A stretch of 60,984 nt of DNA, filler included. It is 7 parts of 7 records of this genome, joined end to end, with 100 filler letters (N's around TTAATTAATTAA, not from the genome) between each part and the next. Parts side by side here need not be neighbours in the genome. Positions count along the whole stretch, not along the records: positions 45,992 to 55,849 come from SRR31156797_55089; positions 55,950 to 60,984 come from SRR31156797_55092; 5 more parts are not named here. One strand, written 5' to 3'. This document shows, piece after piece, positions 51,358 to 60,984 of this stretch. The translations under genes and the position numbers were made by a program. A model generated the notes under the pieces. It saw only the letters and a list, made by a program, of their open reading frames with translations, made no database searches and was not told where the DNA came from. The first letter of the stretch is position 1. Each line of letters opens with the position of its first letter.

Positions 51358-52155
51358 ATGACAAAAATTGTAGGTATCCGTTTCAAACCTGCCGGCAAAA
51401 TATATGATTTTGACTGCGGCGCCTTTGTCCTTAAAGTAGGGGACAAGGTGATTGTGGAAACAGAACAGGGACTGGGGTTCGGTGTGGTCACCGTTCCGCC
51501 GGCGCCCCTTGAATCCGAGAAAAAAAAGAAACAGCTCAAAAAGGTGTTCCGCATCGCCACGGAAGCGGACTTTCGAAAACGGGAAAAGAACAAGGAGCTT
51601 GAGCAACAGGCCTTTGACTTCTGCCAGGGCTGCATCTCAAAGCTTGGGCTGAAGATGAACCTCTTTTCCGTGGAGAGCACCTTTGACGCGGCCAAGCTCA
51701 CCTTTTTCTACACGGCCGACGGCCGGGTCGACTTCCGGGAACTTGTCAAGATCCTTGTGAAGGAGTACCGCATCCGCATCGAGATGCGCCAGGTGGGCAT
51801 CCGGAACCAGTCAAAGCAATGCGGCGGACTCGGCAGGTGCGGCCGGGAGATCTGCTGCGCATTGTTCATGAAGAACTTTGATCCCGTGTCCATAAAAATG
51901 GCCAAGGAGCAGGGTCTCTCCCTGAACCCGACAAAGATTTCAGGCCTTTGCGGCAGACTCATGTGCTGCCTCACCTTTGAGAACAAAACCTACAAAAATT
52001 TAAAAAAAGAGCTTCCAAAACCGGGAAAGGTCCTTGAAACCCCCAAAGGCCGAGGCAAAGTGATTCGCCAGAACGTGCTCAAGGGAACGGTGTCACTCCG
52101 CCTTGAAGACGGTTCTGAGATTGAAGCCTCCCCAAAAGATCTAAAAAAAGGATAA
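51358..52155 (+). CDS. ricT: PSP1-domain protein RicT/YaaT
   Basis: 'GRVDFRELVK', 'G.CGREICC', 'LNPTKISGLCGRLMCCL.FE'. Confidence 0.9.
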   Translation: MTKIVGIRFKPAGKIYDFDCGAFVLKVGDKVIVETEQGLGFGVVTVPPAPLESEKKKKQLKKVFRIATEADFRKREKNKELEQQAFDFCQGCISKLGLKMNLFSVESTFDAAKLTFFYTADGRVDFRELVKILVKEYRIRIEMRQVGIRNQSKQCGGLGRCGREICCALFMKNFDPVSIKMAKEQGLSLNPTKISGLCGRLMCCLTFENKTYKNLKKELPKPGKVLETPKGRGKVIRQNVLKGTVSLRLEDGSEIEASPKDLKKG

Positions 52156-52165
52156 CATTCGATAT

Positions 52166-54103
52166 ATGAAAACAAGCGATCCCAATTTTTTCACCACCCC
52201 CATCTACTATGTCAATGCCAAGCCCCACCTTGGGCATGCCTATACCACCATTGCAGCTGACGTTGCCGCCCGTTACAGCCGGATGTGTTCAAAGGATACC
52301 TACTTTCTCACGGGAACGGATGAACACGGTGACAAGATAGCCGAGGCCGCGGAGCGGGAGAACACCACCCCAAAGGCCTATGCCGACAAGATCAGCCAGC
52401 GGTTCCAGGACCTGTGGCCAAAGCTCAACATCAGCAACGACCACTTCATCAGGACCACGGATCCGGACCACATCAAGGTGGTGGAGGGGCTTCTCTCCAA
52501 AATCCATGATTCAGGGGACATCTATTTCAGCGAATACGAGGGGATCTATTGTTTCGGGTGTGAACGCTTCTACCAGGAGCGGGAACTTGTGGACGGAAAA
52601 TGTCCGGACCACGGCACGGTGCCGGAAACCATCAAGGAGTCCAACTACTTTTTCCGCATGAGCAAATACCAGGATTGGCTCATCGATTACATCAAAAGCA
52701 ACCCCGACTTCATCCGGCCCGAGCGCTACAAGAATGAAATTCTCTCCTTTCTCAAGGAGCCCCTGGAGGACCTTTGCATCTCAAGGCCAAAATCCAGACT
52801 CACCTGGGGAATCACCCTCCCCTTTGACCAGGATTATGTCACCTATGTATGGTTTGATGCCCTGACCAACTACATCTCGGCCCTGGGGTATCCCGACGGA
52901 GAGCTGTTCAACCGCTTCTGGCCCAACACCCGCCACTTTGTGGCCAAGGACATCATCAAGCCCCACGGCATCTACTGGCCCTGCATGCTCAAGGCGGCCG
53001 GCATCGAGCCCTACCACAGCCTCAATGTCCACGGTTTCTGGAACGTGGGCGGCTCCAAGATGTCAAAGAGCATCGGCAATGTTACCGATCCGGTTGAGGT
53101 GTCCGACACCTACGGCGTGGACAGCTTCAGGTACTTTCTCATGCGGGAGATGGTGTTCGGCCTGGACTCCAACTTCACCGAGGACACCATTGTCCAGCGA
53201 ATCAACTCAGACCTTGCCAACGACCTTGGCAACCTCTTTTCCAGGGTGGTCTCCATGGTCCACCGGTACTTCTCAGGGAACACCCCCGGGTGTGATCCGG
53301 CGGAAGACAAGGAACTCACCCTCAAACCCCAGGCGGACAAATGCGTCGGTGATTTCACCCGGTTCATGGAGAACACGGAGTTCCACAAGGCGGTCATGGC
53401 CGTGTGGGAGCTCATCAGCACCATGAACAAGTACATCGACACCCAGGCGCCCTGGACCCTTGCAAAGGACGAGGCCAAAGCACCGGCACTGGCAACGGTC
53501 ATGTACAACCTTGTGGAGGGATTGAGAACGGTTGCCGGCCTGATCTATCCCATCATGCCCGAAACATCGGCCAAGATGCGCACCATCCTCAACATCCAGA
53601 CGCCCGAGGGCCGGGAGTTCCACACCATGGAGGAGATCCTTCCCTGGCACCGGACAACGGCCGGCACCCCCATTGACAAGGCCCCCGTCCTGTTCCCAAG
53701 AATCGATAACAAGGCTGTTAAAAAGGCCGCGCCTGAAAAGAAGGTGCCGGCCAAAAAGAAAGCCAAGGAGCTGAAGCCCCAGATCACCATCGATGATTTT
53801 GCCAAGATCGATCTGCGGAGCGGCACCGTTGTTTCGGCCGAAAAAATCAAGAAATCCAACAAGCTGCTCAAGCTCAAGGTGGACCTGGGTGAGGAAGAAC
53901 CCCGCCAAGTCATCGCCGGCATAGCAAAGGACTACGATCCCGACCAGATTATCGGCAAAAGCGTTGTCGTGGTCGCCAACCTGGCCCCTGCCAAACTCAT
54001 GGGAGAGACCTCCCAGGGCATGGTGCTTGCGGCAAACGACGGCAAGAGTCTCGCCCTGACCGGATTCGATAAAACGGTCCGCCCGGGCAACCAGATAAAA
54101 TAA
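52166..54103 (+). CDS. metG: methionine--tRNA ligase with C-terminal tRNA-binding domain
   Basis: 'TTPIYYVNAKPHLGHAY', 'KMSKS', 'LFPRI', 'ITIDDFAKIDLR'. Confidence 0.98.
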   Translation: MKTSDPNFFTTPIYYVNAKPHLGHAYTTIAADVAARYSRMCSKDTYFLTGTDEHGDKIAEAAERENTTPKAYADKISQRFQDLWPKLNISNDHFIRTTDPDHIKVVEGLLSKIHDSGDIYFSEYEGIYCFGCERFYQERELVDGKCPDHGTVPETIKESNYFFRMSKYQDWLIDYIKSNPDFIRPERYKNEILSFLKEPLEDLCISRPKSRLTWGITLPFDQDYVTYVWFDALTNYISALGYPDGELFNRFWPNTRHFVAKDIIKPHGIYWPCMLKAAGIEPYHSLNVHGFWNVGGSKMSKSIGNVTDPVEVSDTYGVDSFRYFLMREMVFGLDSNFTEDTIVQRINSDLANDLGNLFSRVVSMVHRYFSGNTPGCDPAEDKELTLKPQADKCVGDFTRFMENTEFHKAVMAVWELISTMNKYIDTQAPWTLAKDEAKAPALATVMYNLVEGLRTVAGLIYPIMPETSAKMRTILNIQTPEGREFHTMEEILPWHRTTAGTPIDKAPVLFPRIDNKAVKKAAPEKKVPAKKKAKELKPQITIDDFAKIDLRSGTVVSAEKIKKSNKLLKLKVDLGEEEPRQVIAGIAKDYDPDQIIGKSVVVVANLAPAKLMGETSQGMVLAANDGKSLALTGFDKTVRPGNQIK

Positions 54104-54118
54104 GATTGGGGAGAGCGG

Positions 54119-55525
54119 TTGCATAGTCACAGCAAAAACACCAGCTGGCGGGAATTCCAGTCTCAGAATCTGCTGGAGTCCAGAAGAAAGAAAACCCTTT
54201 CCCGGCTCTTCAAGCTGCTGGTCATGGTCCTGCTCTTTGTGGGTGCCATGATCGGCATGAACACGGTAAACTTCCCTGGCCTGCCGGATCTCATGGCCAT
54301 GGTGAAGCAGACCCTTCCCCTTGACGCCCTGCTTCAAATGGGGGAACAAAAGGTTGAAGAGGAACCGCCCCTCCCAGTTTTGACACGGAAGGATCTGAAA
54401 GAATTGCTGGATCCTTCCCTCCTGTTCAATACCGAAACATCCACCCTTGTGGTGGACCGTGACATTGAGCACTATACCATCGAAACCACCCTTGACCCTG
54501 CCTTTCAACGGTTTCTCACAACCCGGCTGGATAAGCTCAAGACCCTTACCCGGGGGAAGCCCCAGCGCATCGGCCTGGTGGCCATGGAACCCGCCACGGG
54601 CAGGATCGTTGCCATGGCGGGATTTGACCTTGCCGACCCCAGGGCCAACCCCTGCACCATGGGCAACTATCCGGCCGCAAGCGTCTTCAAGATCGTAACC
54701 GCGTCGGCAGCCGTGGAAAGCATGGGGTACACCCCCCAGACCCCCATGTACTTTAACGGCGGGAAATACACCCTTTACAAGCGGCAGCTCAAGGACAAGC
54801 GGAACCGCTACACCACCCGGGTCTCCCTTGCCAAGGCCTTTGCGGAATCCATCAACCCGGTGTTCGGGAAACTGGCATCCACCCGCCTTGACAGGGAAAA
54901 ACTCCAGCACTACGCCGCAACCTTCGGGTTCAATCAGGAGGTGGATTCGGATTTTCCCTTTGATGCCGGAAAAATTCTCTTCAAAGACAACCCCTACCAG
55001 CTGGCAGAGGTGGGATGCGGGTTCAACAAGACAACCACCATCTCCCCCATGTTCGGCGCCATGCTCTCCGCCGCCATTGTCAACCAGGGAAAGTCCCCCC
55101 TGCCCTCACTGGTTAAAACGGTTACCGACGCCAACGGCGCGGTGATCTACACAAACACGCCTGCCGTCTTCGGAAAAGCCATTGAGCCGAAAACCGCCCA
55201 GGCCGTCATGACCATGATGGAAAAAACCGTCACCTCGGGCACGGCCAGAAAATCCTTCCGGCGGTTCAAACGGGATTCAACCCTTTCAAAGCTCGAGATC
55301 GGCGGCAAGACAGGATCGCTTTACAACGAGGACAACACCGTAAAATACGACTGGTTTACGGGATTTGCCAAGGAAAAGGACGGGGACAAAGCCCTGGCCC
55401 TCGCCGTGGTCGTAGGCCACAGAAAGTACATCGGAACCCGGGCGGCAAGCTACGGCAAGATGATGTTCAAACACTATTTCAAATCTTATTTTGCATCAAA
55501 CCAAACAACGATCAACAACAGTTAA
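54119..55525 (+). CDS. penicillin-binding transpeptidase domain protein
   Basis: N-terminal TM, SxxK 'ASVFK', SxN 'SIN', KTG 'GKTGS'. Confidence 0.88.
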   Translation: MHSHSKNTSWREFQSQNLLESRRKKTLSRLFKLLVMVLLFVGAMIGMNTVNFPGLPDLMAMVKQTLPLDALLQMGEQKVEEEPPLPVLTRKDLKELLDPSLLFNTETSTLVVDRDIEHYTIETTLDPAFQRFLTTRLDKLKTLTRGKPQRIGLVAMEPATGRIVAMAGFDLADPRANPCTMGNYPAASVFKIVTASAAVESMGYTPQTPMYFNGGKYTLYKRQLKDKRNRYTTRVSLAKAFAESINPVFGKLASTRLDREKLQHYAATFGFNQEVDSDFPFDAGKILFKDNPYQLAEVGCGFNKTTTISPMFGAMLSAAIVNQGKSPLPSLVKTVTDANGAVIYTNTPAVFGKAIEPKTAQAVMTMMEKTVTSGTARKSFRRFKRDSTLSKLEIGGKTGSLYNEDNTVKYDWFTGFAKEKDGDKALALAVVVGHRKYIGTRAASYGKMMFKHYFKSYFASNQTTINNS

Positions 55526-55547
55526 TATTCCCGGAACGGAGGCCACC

Positions 55548-55849
55548 ATGCCATTTTCCAGACCCAATCTTTTCATGCTGAAGAAACATATTTCACGACT
55601 CTTTTCCATGTCCGTCCAGTTCGGAATCTCCCCGGACCGCGCACGGGAGAACAGCCTGGTTCTGTTCCCGGTTCGGCCCAACACTTTCTGCTGCGGCCTG
55701 TCGTCCCTTGTGAGCTACAAGGGCGTCAATGCCTCCGCAAAAGAGGCGGATCTGCTTTCCATGGAACAAGCTGCGGACATCCTCCGGGAGAGTTCCCTGA
55801 CCACCTGCCTTTCCAAGGAACTCGACCTTGGGGAGAGCTATCTGGGAGG
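55548..55849 (+). CDS. N-terminus of a truncated protein, possibly a large GlmS/SIS-type protein
   Basis: RBS GGAGG; open to the contig end; 'FCCGL' loosely resembles the GATase-II 'CG' start. Confidence 0.4.
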
Positions 55850-55949
55850 NNNNNNNNNNNNNNNNNNNNNNNNNNNNNNNNNNNNNNNNNNNNTTAATTA
55901 ATTAANNNNNNNNNNNNNNNNNNNNNNNNNNNNNNNNNNNNNNNNNNNN
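55850..55949. other. artificial contig linker
   Basis: N44-TTAATTAATTAA-N44. Confidence 0.99.
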
Positions 55950-56904
55950 TCTCGGCAATGTAGACCCCTGTTCGCCGGATTTTTCCCTGGGTGGCGTTTG
56001 TTTCGTCCTTGAGGGAGAACTCTGTTTCAGCCGTTGAAAGGGAGATGGCGCCCACGCCGGATTCCTTGAGGCTTACCAGGAAGGCGGTATCCCAGGTGGG
56101 GCCGGACCATATGGACAGGTCGTCAAACCCGGAATCGTTTTCATCGATCCAGCCGTTGCCGTCCTCGTCAAGCTCGGAAAGCTCCGAAAAACCGTTGCCC
56201 GTTCGGGGACCGAAAAGCTCTGATCCATCGTTCACCACGGCGTCCCTGTTCCGGTCAAACACAAGAAAACCGCTTCCCCGGGCCAGCCATGCAATGGTCT
56301 CCCCTTCTCCGTCCGAGTCGATATCAAAGGAGAACCGGGTATCGGTCAGGTCGGCGCCGTTGCCGTCGAAATTGATGACCAGGGGATCCTGGAGGGCATC
56401 GCCCGCCAGAAGCTGAAACCGTTCCTCTGTATAGAATTCCCGGTGCATCTCAAGTTCCAGGGTGAAGTCAATGGCTTTTCCGTCCGCGGTCCTGACCGCT
56501 CCCACGGTCGTGAACCGGGTTGTTTCAGCTTCATAATAGGCGTTGAACTCTTCGTAGCGCATGCCCCATCCAAACCGCCCAGGGGCCGGTTCCGACGCCG
56601 GGGAGGCCTCCAGGGGTGGCGCAGCCTCCAAGGCCGGGGCCTCGGTTTCGGGGGCGGCCTCCTGGAAATTGGAGATGTTGATTTTTTTGCCGGTCAGGCG
56701 TTCGAGTATCCGCTTGATGGCGGCAAGCCTGGGTGGCAAGGTTTCAATCCCGGTGGACCGGGGCTCAGCCGGGGCGGCGGCAGGGGCCTGTACCGTGGGG
56801 GGCGGGCCCGGATCCTGCCATGTTTCAAGGGTCTTTTCAGACGTTTGTTTTTGTTCATATTGTCTGGATGTAAAAAAAGACAGGGTCGATTCCATGATTT
56901 TCAT
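55950..56904 (-). CDS. hypothetical protein with DPLVIN / DxDxDG Ca-binding-type domain (truncated)
   Basis: 'DPLVINFDG', 'FDIDSDG', 'GSELFGP.TGNGF..L..LDEDGNGWIDEND'; RBS AAGGAGG. Confidence 0.8.
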
Positions 56905-57071
56905 CGTGTCACCTCCTTTTTATAAATTATCGGATCAGGGGGATGACGGCTGAAAAAAAATATTGATTCACTAATTGGGTTGGTGTAATGTTTGCTTGAT
57001 AATTAATTCTTATTATTATTTTAAATATAGTAGATATAATAATGCTAACCTCCTTTCCTGAGGAGGGGGAT

Positions 57072-57647
57072 ATGACAAAGAAAAAAATAGAAAATCCCAT
57101 GGCTGCGACCCTGGATCTCCGGGGACGGCAGTCTGTGAGAGCGACCTTCAAACTCTCCTCGAGGGCCATCGAGTCGTTGAGCCTTGTGGCGGTTCACCTG
57201 GGCATCAAGCAGAAGTCCCTGTTTGACCATCTAATTGAAGATGCCGGCGCCCTGGAAGATATTGCCAACACGGTCCGGATCCGGCAGTTCAAAAAGATCG
57301 ACAGGGTTCAGAAGACCTATGTGCTGAGCCGGCGAACCCTGGAGGCCCTGGAGATGATCTCCAAGGCCCACGGCACCCCCAGGGACGCACTGGTGGAGTA
57401 TTCCATCAAGCGGCTGGAGGCGGTGATCCTTGCCGAAAAAAAGCGGCATGAAAAGCGCAAAAAGCTGTTTGAGGAGGTGAAGGCCCACTGGGACGAGGGC
57501 CTGAAGATCCTGCAGACTTCCCGGGAAGCCCTGGGGGAGGAGGACCCCTTCTGCCGGAATCTGGAACGGGCTTTGACCGCCTGTCTCCGGACAAGGAAGG
57601 AGCTTGCGTCGTTTATCGAAAAGAGCAGTATCATCGAAGAGTATTGA
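57072..57647 (+). CDS. hypothetical protein, possible ribbon-helix-helix DNA-binding
   Basis: Two strand-helix-helix-like repeats 'VRATFKLS..AIE.L' and 'VQKTYVLS..TLE.L'; RBS GGAGG. Confidence 0.7.
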   Translation: MTKKKIENPMAATLDLRGRQSVRATFKLSSRAIESLSLVAVHLGIKQKSLFDHLIEDAGALEDIANTVRIRQFKKIDRVQKTYVLSRRTLEALEMISKAHGTPRDALVEYSIKRLEAVILAEKKRHEKRKKLFEEVKAHWDEGLKILQTSREALGEEDPFCRNLERALTACLRTRKELASFIEKSSIIEEY

Positions 57648-57706
57648 CCCTGCGGGGGATGATAACCATAACAGAGGTTTTATAACAAAAAAACAAGGAG
57701 GCAGTT

Positions 57707-58645
57707 GTGATACAGGTCGAGAATCTGACCAAGTACTACAATGACTTTTGCGCCGTGGACGGGTTGAGCCTTACCATCAACAAGGGCGAGATCCTGGGGC
57801 TTCTGGGGCCGAACGGTGCCGGGAAGACCACCACCCTGAGGATGCTCACCGGGTATTTCAGGCCCACCTCGGGAACCATCAAGGTGAAGGAGTTCTCCAT
57901 GCCCGAGGATACCCTCGAAATAAAGAAAATCATGGGGTATCTTCCTGAATCGGCTCCCCTTTACCATAACATGCTGGTGTTTGACTACCTGGAATACGTG
58001 GCTAAGGTAAAGGGGATTCCCAATGGGAAACGCCTTGAAAGGCTCAGGGAACTGTCCGAGCTTTGCGGGCTTGGCGAGATCATGCACAAGTCCGTGGACG
58101 AGCTATCCAAGGGGTTGAAGCAGCGGGTGGGGCTTGCCCACGCATTGATGACAGACCCTGAGATCCTGGTGCTTGACGAGCCCACATCCGGCCTCGATCC
58201 CAACCAGATCGCAGAAATCCGGTCCATCATAAGACGCATCGGAAAAGAGAAGACCATCATCTTCTCCACCCATATATTGAGCGAGGCGGAGGCGACCTGC
58301 GACAGGATCGTCATCTTCAACAAGGGCAAAATCGTTGCCGACGATACCACACAGAATCTCAAGAGCGGCAACGGCCGGGCCGGGAGCATCTCGCTTTCCC
58401 TGTCAGACGCCGATCCGGACAAGGCCCTGGCCCTGATCCGGGATGTCAACGGGGTCGAGCGGGTGGAGCCCGTGGAAACAACGGTTCCCGGAAACCTGCG
58501 GTTTGAGATCCACGGGGCCAATGGCGCGGATCCCGGAAAAGAGGTCTATCTTGCCGTTAAGCAGCAGGCGTGGATCATTACGGAACTGACCAGGGAGAAC
58601 CGTTCCCTGGAGACCATCTTCCAGGAACTTACAAGGGGGAACTAA
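57707..58645 (+). CDS. ABC-2 transporter ATPase (GldA-like)
   Basis: 'GPNGAGKTT', 'LSKGLKQRVGLA', 'LDEPTSGLDPNQI'. Confidence 0.93.
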   Translation: MIQVENLTKYYNDFCAVDGLSLTINKGEILGLLGPNGAGKTTTLRMLTGYFRPTSGTIKVKEFSMPEDTLEIKKIMGYLPESAPLYHNMLVFDYLEYVAKVKGIPNGKRLERLRELSELCGLGEIMHKSVDELSKGLKQRVGLAHALMTDPEILVLDEPTSGLDPNQIAEIRSIIRRIGKEKTIIFSTHILSEAEATCDRIVIFNKGKIVADDTTQNLKSGNGRAGSISLSLSDADPDKALALIRDVNGVERVEPVETTVPGNLRFEIHGANGADPGKEVYLAVKQQAWIITELTRENRSLETIFQELTRGN

Positions 58646-58648
58646 GCC

Positions 58649-59353
58649 ATGATACAGACCACCCATATTGCAGCCAAGGAATTCAAGGATTACTTTATCT
58701 CGCCCATCGCCTATATCGTGATTTCACTTTTTCTCGTGGTCACCGGCTGGTTTTTCTTTTCCACGTTTTTCATTTTTGACCGTGCGGACATGCGGGGATT
58801 CTTTTCCCTGTTGCCCTTGATCTTCTCCTTTGTGATACCGGCCGTGACCATGCGGCTCTTTTCCGAAGAGAAGAACGTGGGGTCCTACGAGACCCTGCTG
58901 ACCATGCCGGTCACCTTTACCGACATTGCCGTGGGCAAGTTCCTGGCAGCCCTTGGCTTTACCGCCGCAATGCTGCTGCCCACCCTGTTTTACCCGGTCT
59001 TTATCTCCCTGGTGGGGGAGGTGGACCTGGGGCCGGTGGCCGGCGGGTATATCGGGGCGCTTCTCCTGGGAGGGGCCTATTGTTCCCTTGGGCTCTTTGC
59101 CTCGTCCCTCACCCGGAACCAGATCGTCGCCTTTATCCTGGGGGCCTCCATGTGCTTTACCCTGACCATCCTGGACAAGATGCTCTTCTTTTTTCCGGGC
59201 AGTGTTGCCGGTGTGGTGGGCTATCTCGGGGCGGATTACCATTTCCAGAGCATAGCCAAGGGCGTCATTGATTCAAGGGACCTTCTCTACTTCTTGAGCG
59301 TCATGGTCCTGGGATTGTTCGGAACCTATCTTGTGATGCAGGAAAAGAATTAA
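58649..59353 (+). CDS. ABC-2 permease (GldF-like)
   Basis: 'YFISPIAY', 'TMRLFSEEK..G..E.LLT.P', 'T.NQIVAF', 'GVIDSRD'. Confidence 0.92.
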   Translation: MIQTTHIAAKEFKDYFISPIAYIVISLFLVVTGWFFFSTFFIFDRADMRGFFSLLPLIFSFVIPAVTMRLFSEEKNVGSYETLLTMPVTFTDIAVGKFLAALGFTAAMLLPTLFYPVFISLVGEVDLGPVAGGYIGALLLGGAYCSLGLFASSLTRNQIVAFILGASMCFTLTILDKMLFFFPGSVAGVVGYLGADYHFQSIAKGVIDSRDLLYFLSVMVLGLFGTYLVMQEKN

Positions 59354-59368
59354 GGAGTTAAAACTGGC

Positions 59369-60984
59369 ATGAAAAAACAGAAACAGGCTTATTTCAAGTT
59401 TTTGATCTATCTCGTGGTGATAGTGCTGGTAAACGTCGTGGGCGTGACCCTTTTCTTCAGGCTCGACCTGACACAAAACAGGATCTATTCGCTCTCCGAA
59501 GCCAGCCGGAAGGTGGTGTCCACCCTTTCCGAACCCCTGACCATCAAGGTCTTTTTTACCAAGAACCTGCCCGCGCCCCATAACAACACCGAGCGGTACC
59601 TCCATGATCTCATGGATGAGTACGCAAGGGCCGGGGGACAGTTCTTCAACTACATGTTCTACGATGTCACGGCCAAGGAGGCGGGGCTGACGGACGAGGC
59701 CGACCGCAACCGGAAACAGGCCGAGGATTACGGTATCTCGCCTGTTCAGATCCGGATCATCGAGAACGATGAGATGAAATTCCAGCAGGCGTACATGGGC
59801 CTTGTGATCATCCACGGCGACATGGTGGAGAAGATTCCGGCCATCACGGCCACCGACGGCCTCGAGTACAAGCTGACCACCGCCATCCAGAAGCTCAACA
59901 ACAAGGTGAGCACCCTTTTGAGCCTCAAGGAAAAGGTGAAGATCCGGATGTATCTGAGTTCCTCCCTTTCCGCCGTGGCCCCGTTCATGGGCCTGGACGG
60001 GCTTGACTCCCTTCCGGACCGGATTACCCGGATGGTCGGGCACCTCAATGCCAAGAGCCTTGACACCATCGATTTCAAGTATGTGGATCCCACCAGGGAG
60101 AACAACCTTGACGAGATCGCCGAAAAGTACAAGATCATGGTCCTGAAGTGGCCCGATCTTGCCCGGGAGAATATCCGCGCAGGAAAGGGCGGTGCCGGCC
60201 TTGTCATGGAGTATGGCGACAAACGGGTGGAACTGCCCCTGATCTCGAGCCTCAACCTGCCCATCATCGGCACCACCTACCAGATGACCGAGCCTGAAAT
60301 GCTCGAGGACCTGCTGGCCGACACCATGGAGAGCATGATCGGCATCAACCAGCCCATCGGTTACCTTGCCGACCATGATACCCCGGCCCTTTCCATGCCC
60401 GGCATGGGTATGATGGGCCAGCAGCAGCGCAGCACCATGAACGTATTCAACCAGCTCATCTCCCAGCGTTACTCCATCAAGGAGGTGACCCTGAAGGATG
60501 AGGGGATTCCCGAGGACCTTACCTCCCTGGTTATTTCCCGGCCCCAGGAGAAGTTTTCGGATTACGAGCTGTTCCAGATCGACCAGGCCTTGATGCGGGG
60601 CACCAATCTTGCCATCCTGCCGGAGGCGTTCAAGGAGACCATGCCCGGCCAGTCCGCGGGCTTCATGGGCGGCGGTCCCGTATACACGCCCATTGACACG
60701 GGCCTTTCCAGGCTGCTGGAACACTATGGGGTGAGCGTAGGCGCCTCCTATGTGATGGATGAGGCGTGCTACAAGCAGATGATGGATCCCAGACGGGGCG
60801 GCGGGGAGCAGAAGATCTATTTCGCCCCCATGATCGATGGGGCCAATATCGACAACACCCCCGGCTACATGGAGAACATCAAGGGGCTGGTGGCCATGAA
60901 GATTTCTCCTTTGACCGTTGACCAGGAGAAACTCGACAAGGCCGGTATCAAGGCCACAAAGCTTTTCTCCTCCTCAAAAAAGGC
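59369..60984 (+). CDS. GldG-like ABC transporter auxiliary component (runs off window; absent from the ORF track)
   Basis: Hand translation MKKQKQAYFKFLIYLVVIVLVNVVGVTLFFRLDLTQNRIYSLSEAS...; RBS AAGGAG; follows the GldA/F-like genes. Confidence 0.88.
   Translation, partial: MKKQKQAYFKFLIYLVVIVLVNVVGVTLFFRLDLTQNRIYSLSEASRKVVSTLSEPLTIKVFFTKNLPAPHNNTERYLHDLMDEYARAGGQFFNYMFYDVTAKEAGLTDEADRNRKQAEDYGISPVQIRIIENDEMKFQQAYMGLVIIHGDMVEKIPAITATDGLEYKLTTAIQKLNNKVSTLLSLKEKVKIRMYLSSSLSAVAPFMGLDGLDSLPDRITRMVGHLNAKSLDTIDFKYVDPTRENNLDEIAEKYKIMVLKWPDLARENIRAGKGGAGLVMEYGDKRVELPLISSLNLPIIGTTYQMTEPEMLEDLLADTMESMIGINQPIGYLADHDTPALSMPGMGMMGQQQRSTMNVFNQLISQRYSIKEVTLKDEGIPEDLTSLVISRPQEKFSDYELFQIDQALMRGTNLAILPEAFKETMPGQSAGFMGGGPVYTPIDTGLSRLLEHYGVSVGASYVMDEACYKQMMDPRRGGGEQKIYFAPMIDGANIDNTPGYMENIKGLVAMKISPLTVDQEKLDKAGIKATKLFSSSKK

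Noticed and set aside
53273-54910. 545-aa minus-strand ORF
   Set aside because: Antisense shadow of metG/PBP in GC3-rich DNA; no recognisable motifs.
56997-57016. Fur-box-like TGATAAT..ATTCTTA
   Set aside because: Spacing is off and the region is very AT-rich, so a chance match is likely.
59273-60724. 483-aa minus-strand ORF
   Set aside because: Antisense to the GldG-like gene, which the ORF track omitted because it has no stop in the window.

Overview
The window is not one locus. It is seven unrelated contigs joined by six artificial 100-nt linkers (N44-TTAATTAATTAA-N44), so gene context is valid only within a contig. Contig 1 (1-11508, Desulfobacterota-like): frdC start, orphan RND transporter, lipB-lipA, then an accessory island holding a zinc-ribbon/class III cyclase/STAND-AAA/TPR protein with a possibly structured 5' leader, surrounded by intact and decayed HigBA/HicAB modules. 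Contig 2 (11609-18963, alphaproteobacterial): xth-erpA-dgt-argS-SPOR cluster with a PBP/PAS sensor kinase inserted. Contig 3 (19064-29603): AT-rich lipoprotein, then an uncharacterised four-gene cluster (small protein, peptidoglycan-binding protein, PLA2-like, Zn-PLC-like), a PAS/GAF kinase and kdsD. Contig 4 (29704-39414): sigma-54 two-component system, pgi, rarA, livFGM. Contig 5 (39515-45891): two acyl-CoA ligases, then a TseH-like effector/lipoprotein pair, an ATPase, a short endonuclease V and a GYD protein. Contig 6 (45992-55849): cysteine synthase, tmk, lptD, a NusG paralogue, ihfB, holB, ricT, metG and a PBP. Contig 7 (55950-60984): GldAFG-like ABC system. I recognised no rRNA, tRNA, CRISPR array or transposase. 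Best candidates for new biology are the cluster at 22877-26469, the cyclase-STAND/TA island and the TseH-like pair. All family calls come from motif recognition by eye; no database searches were run.
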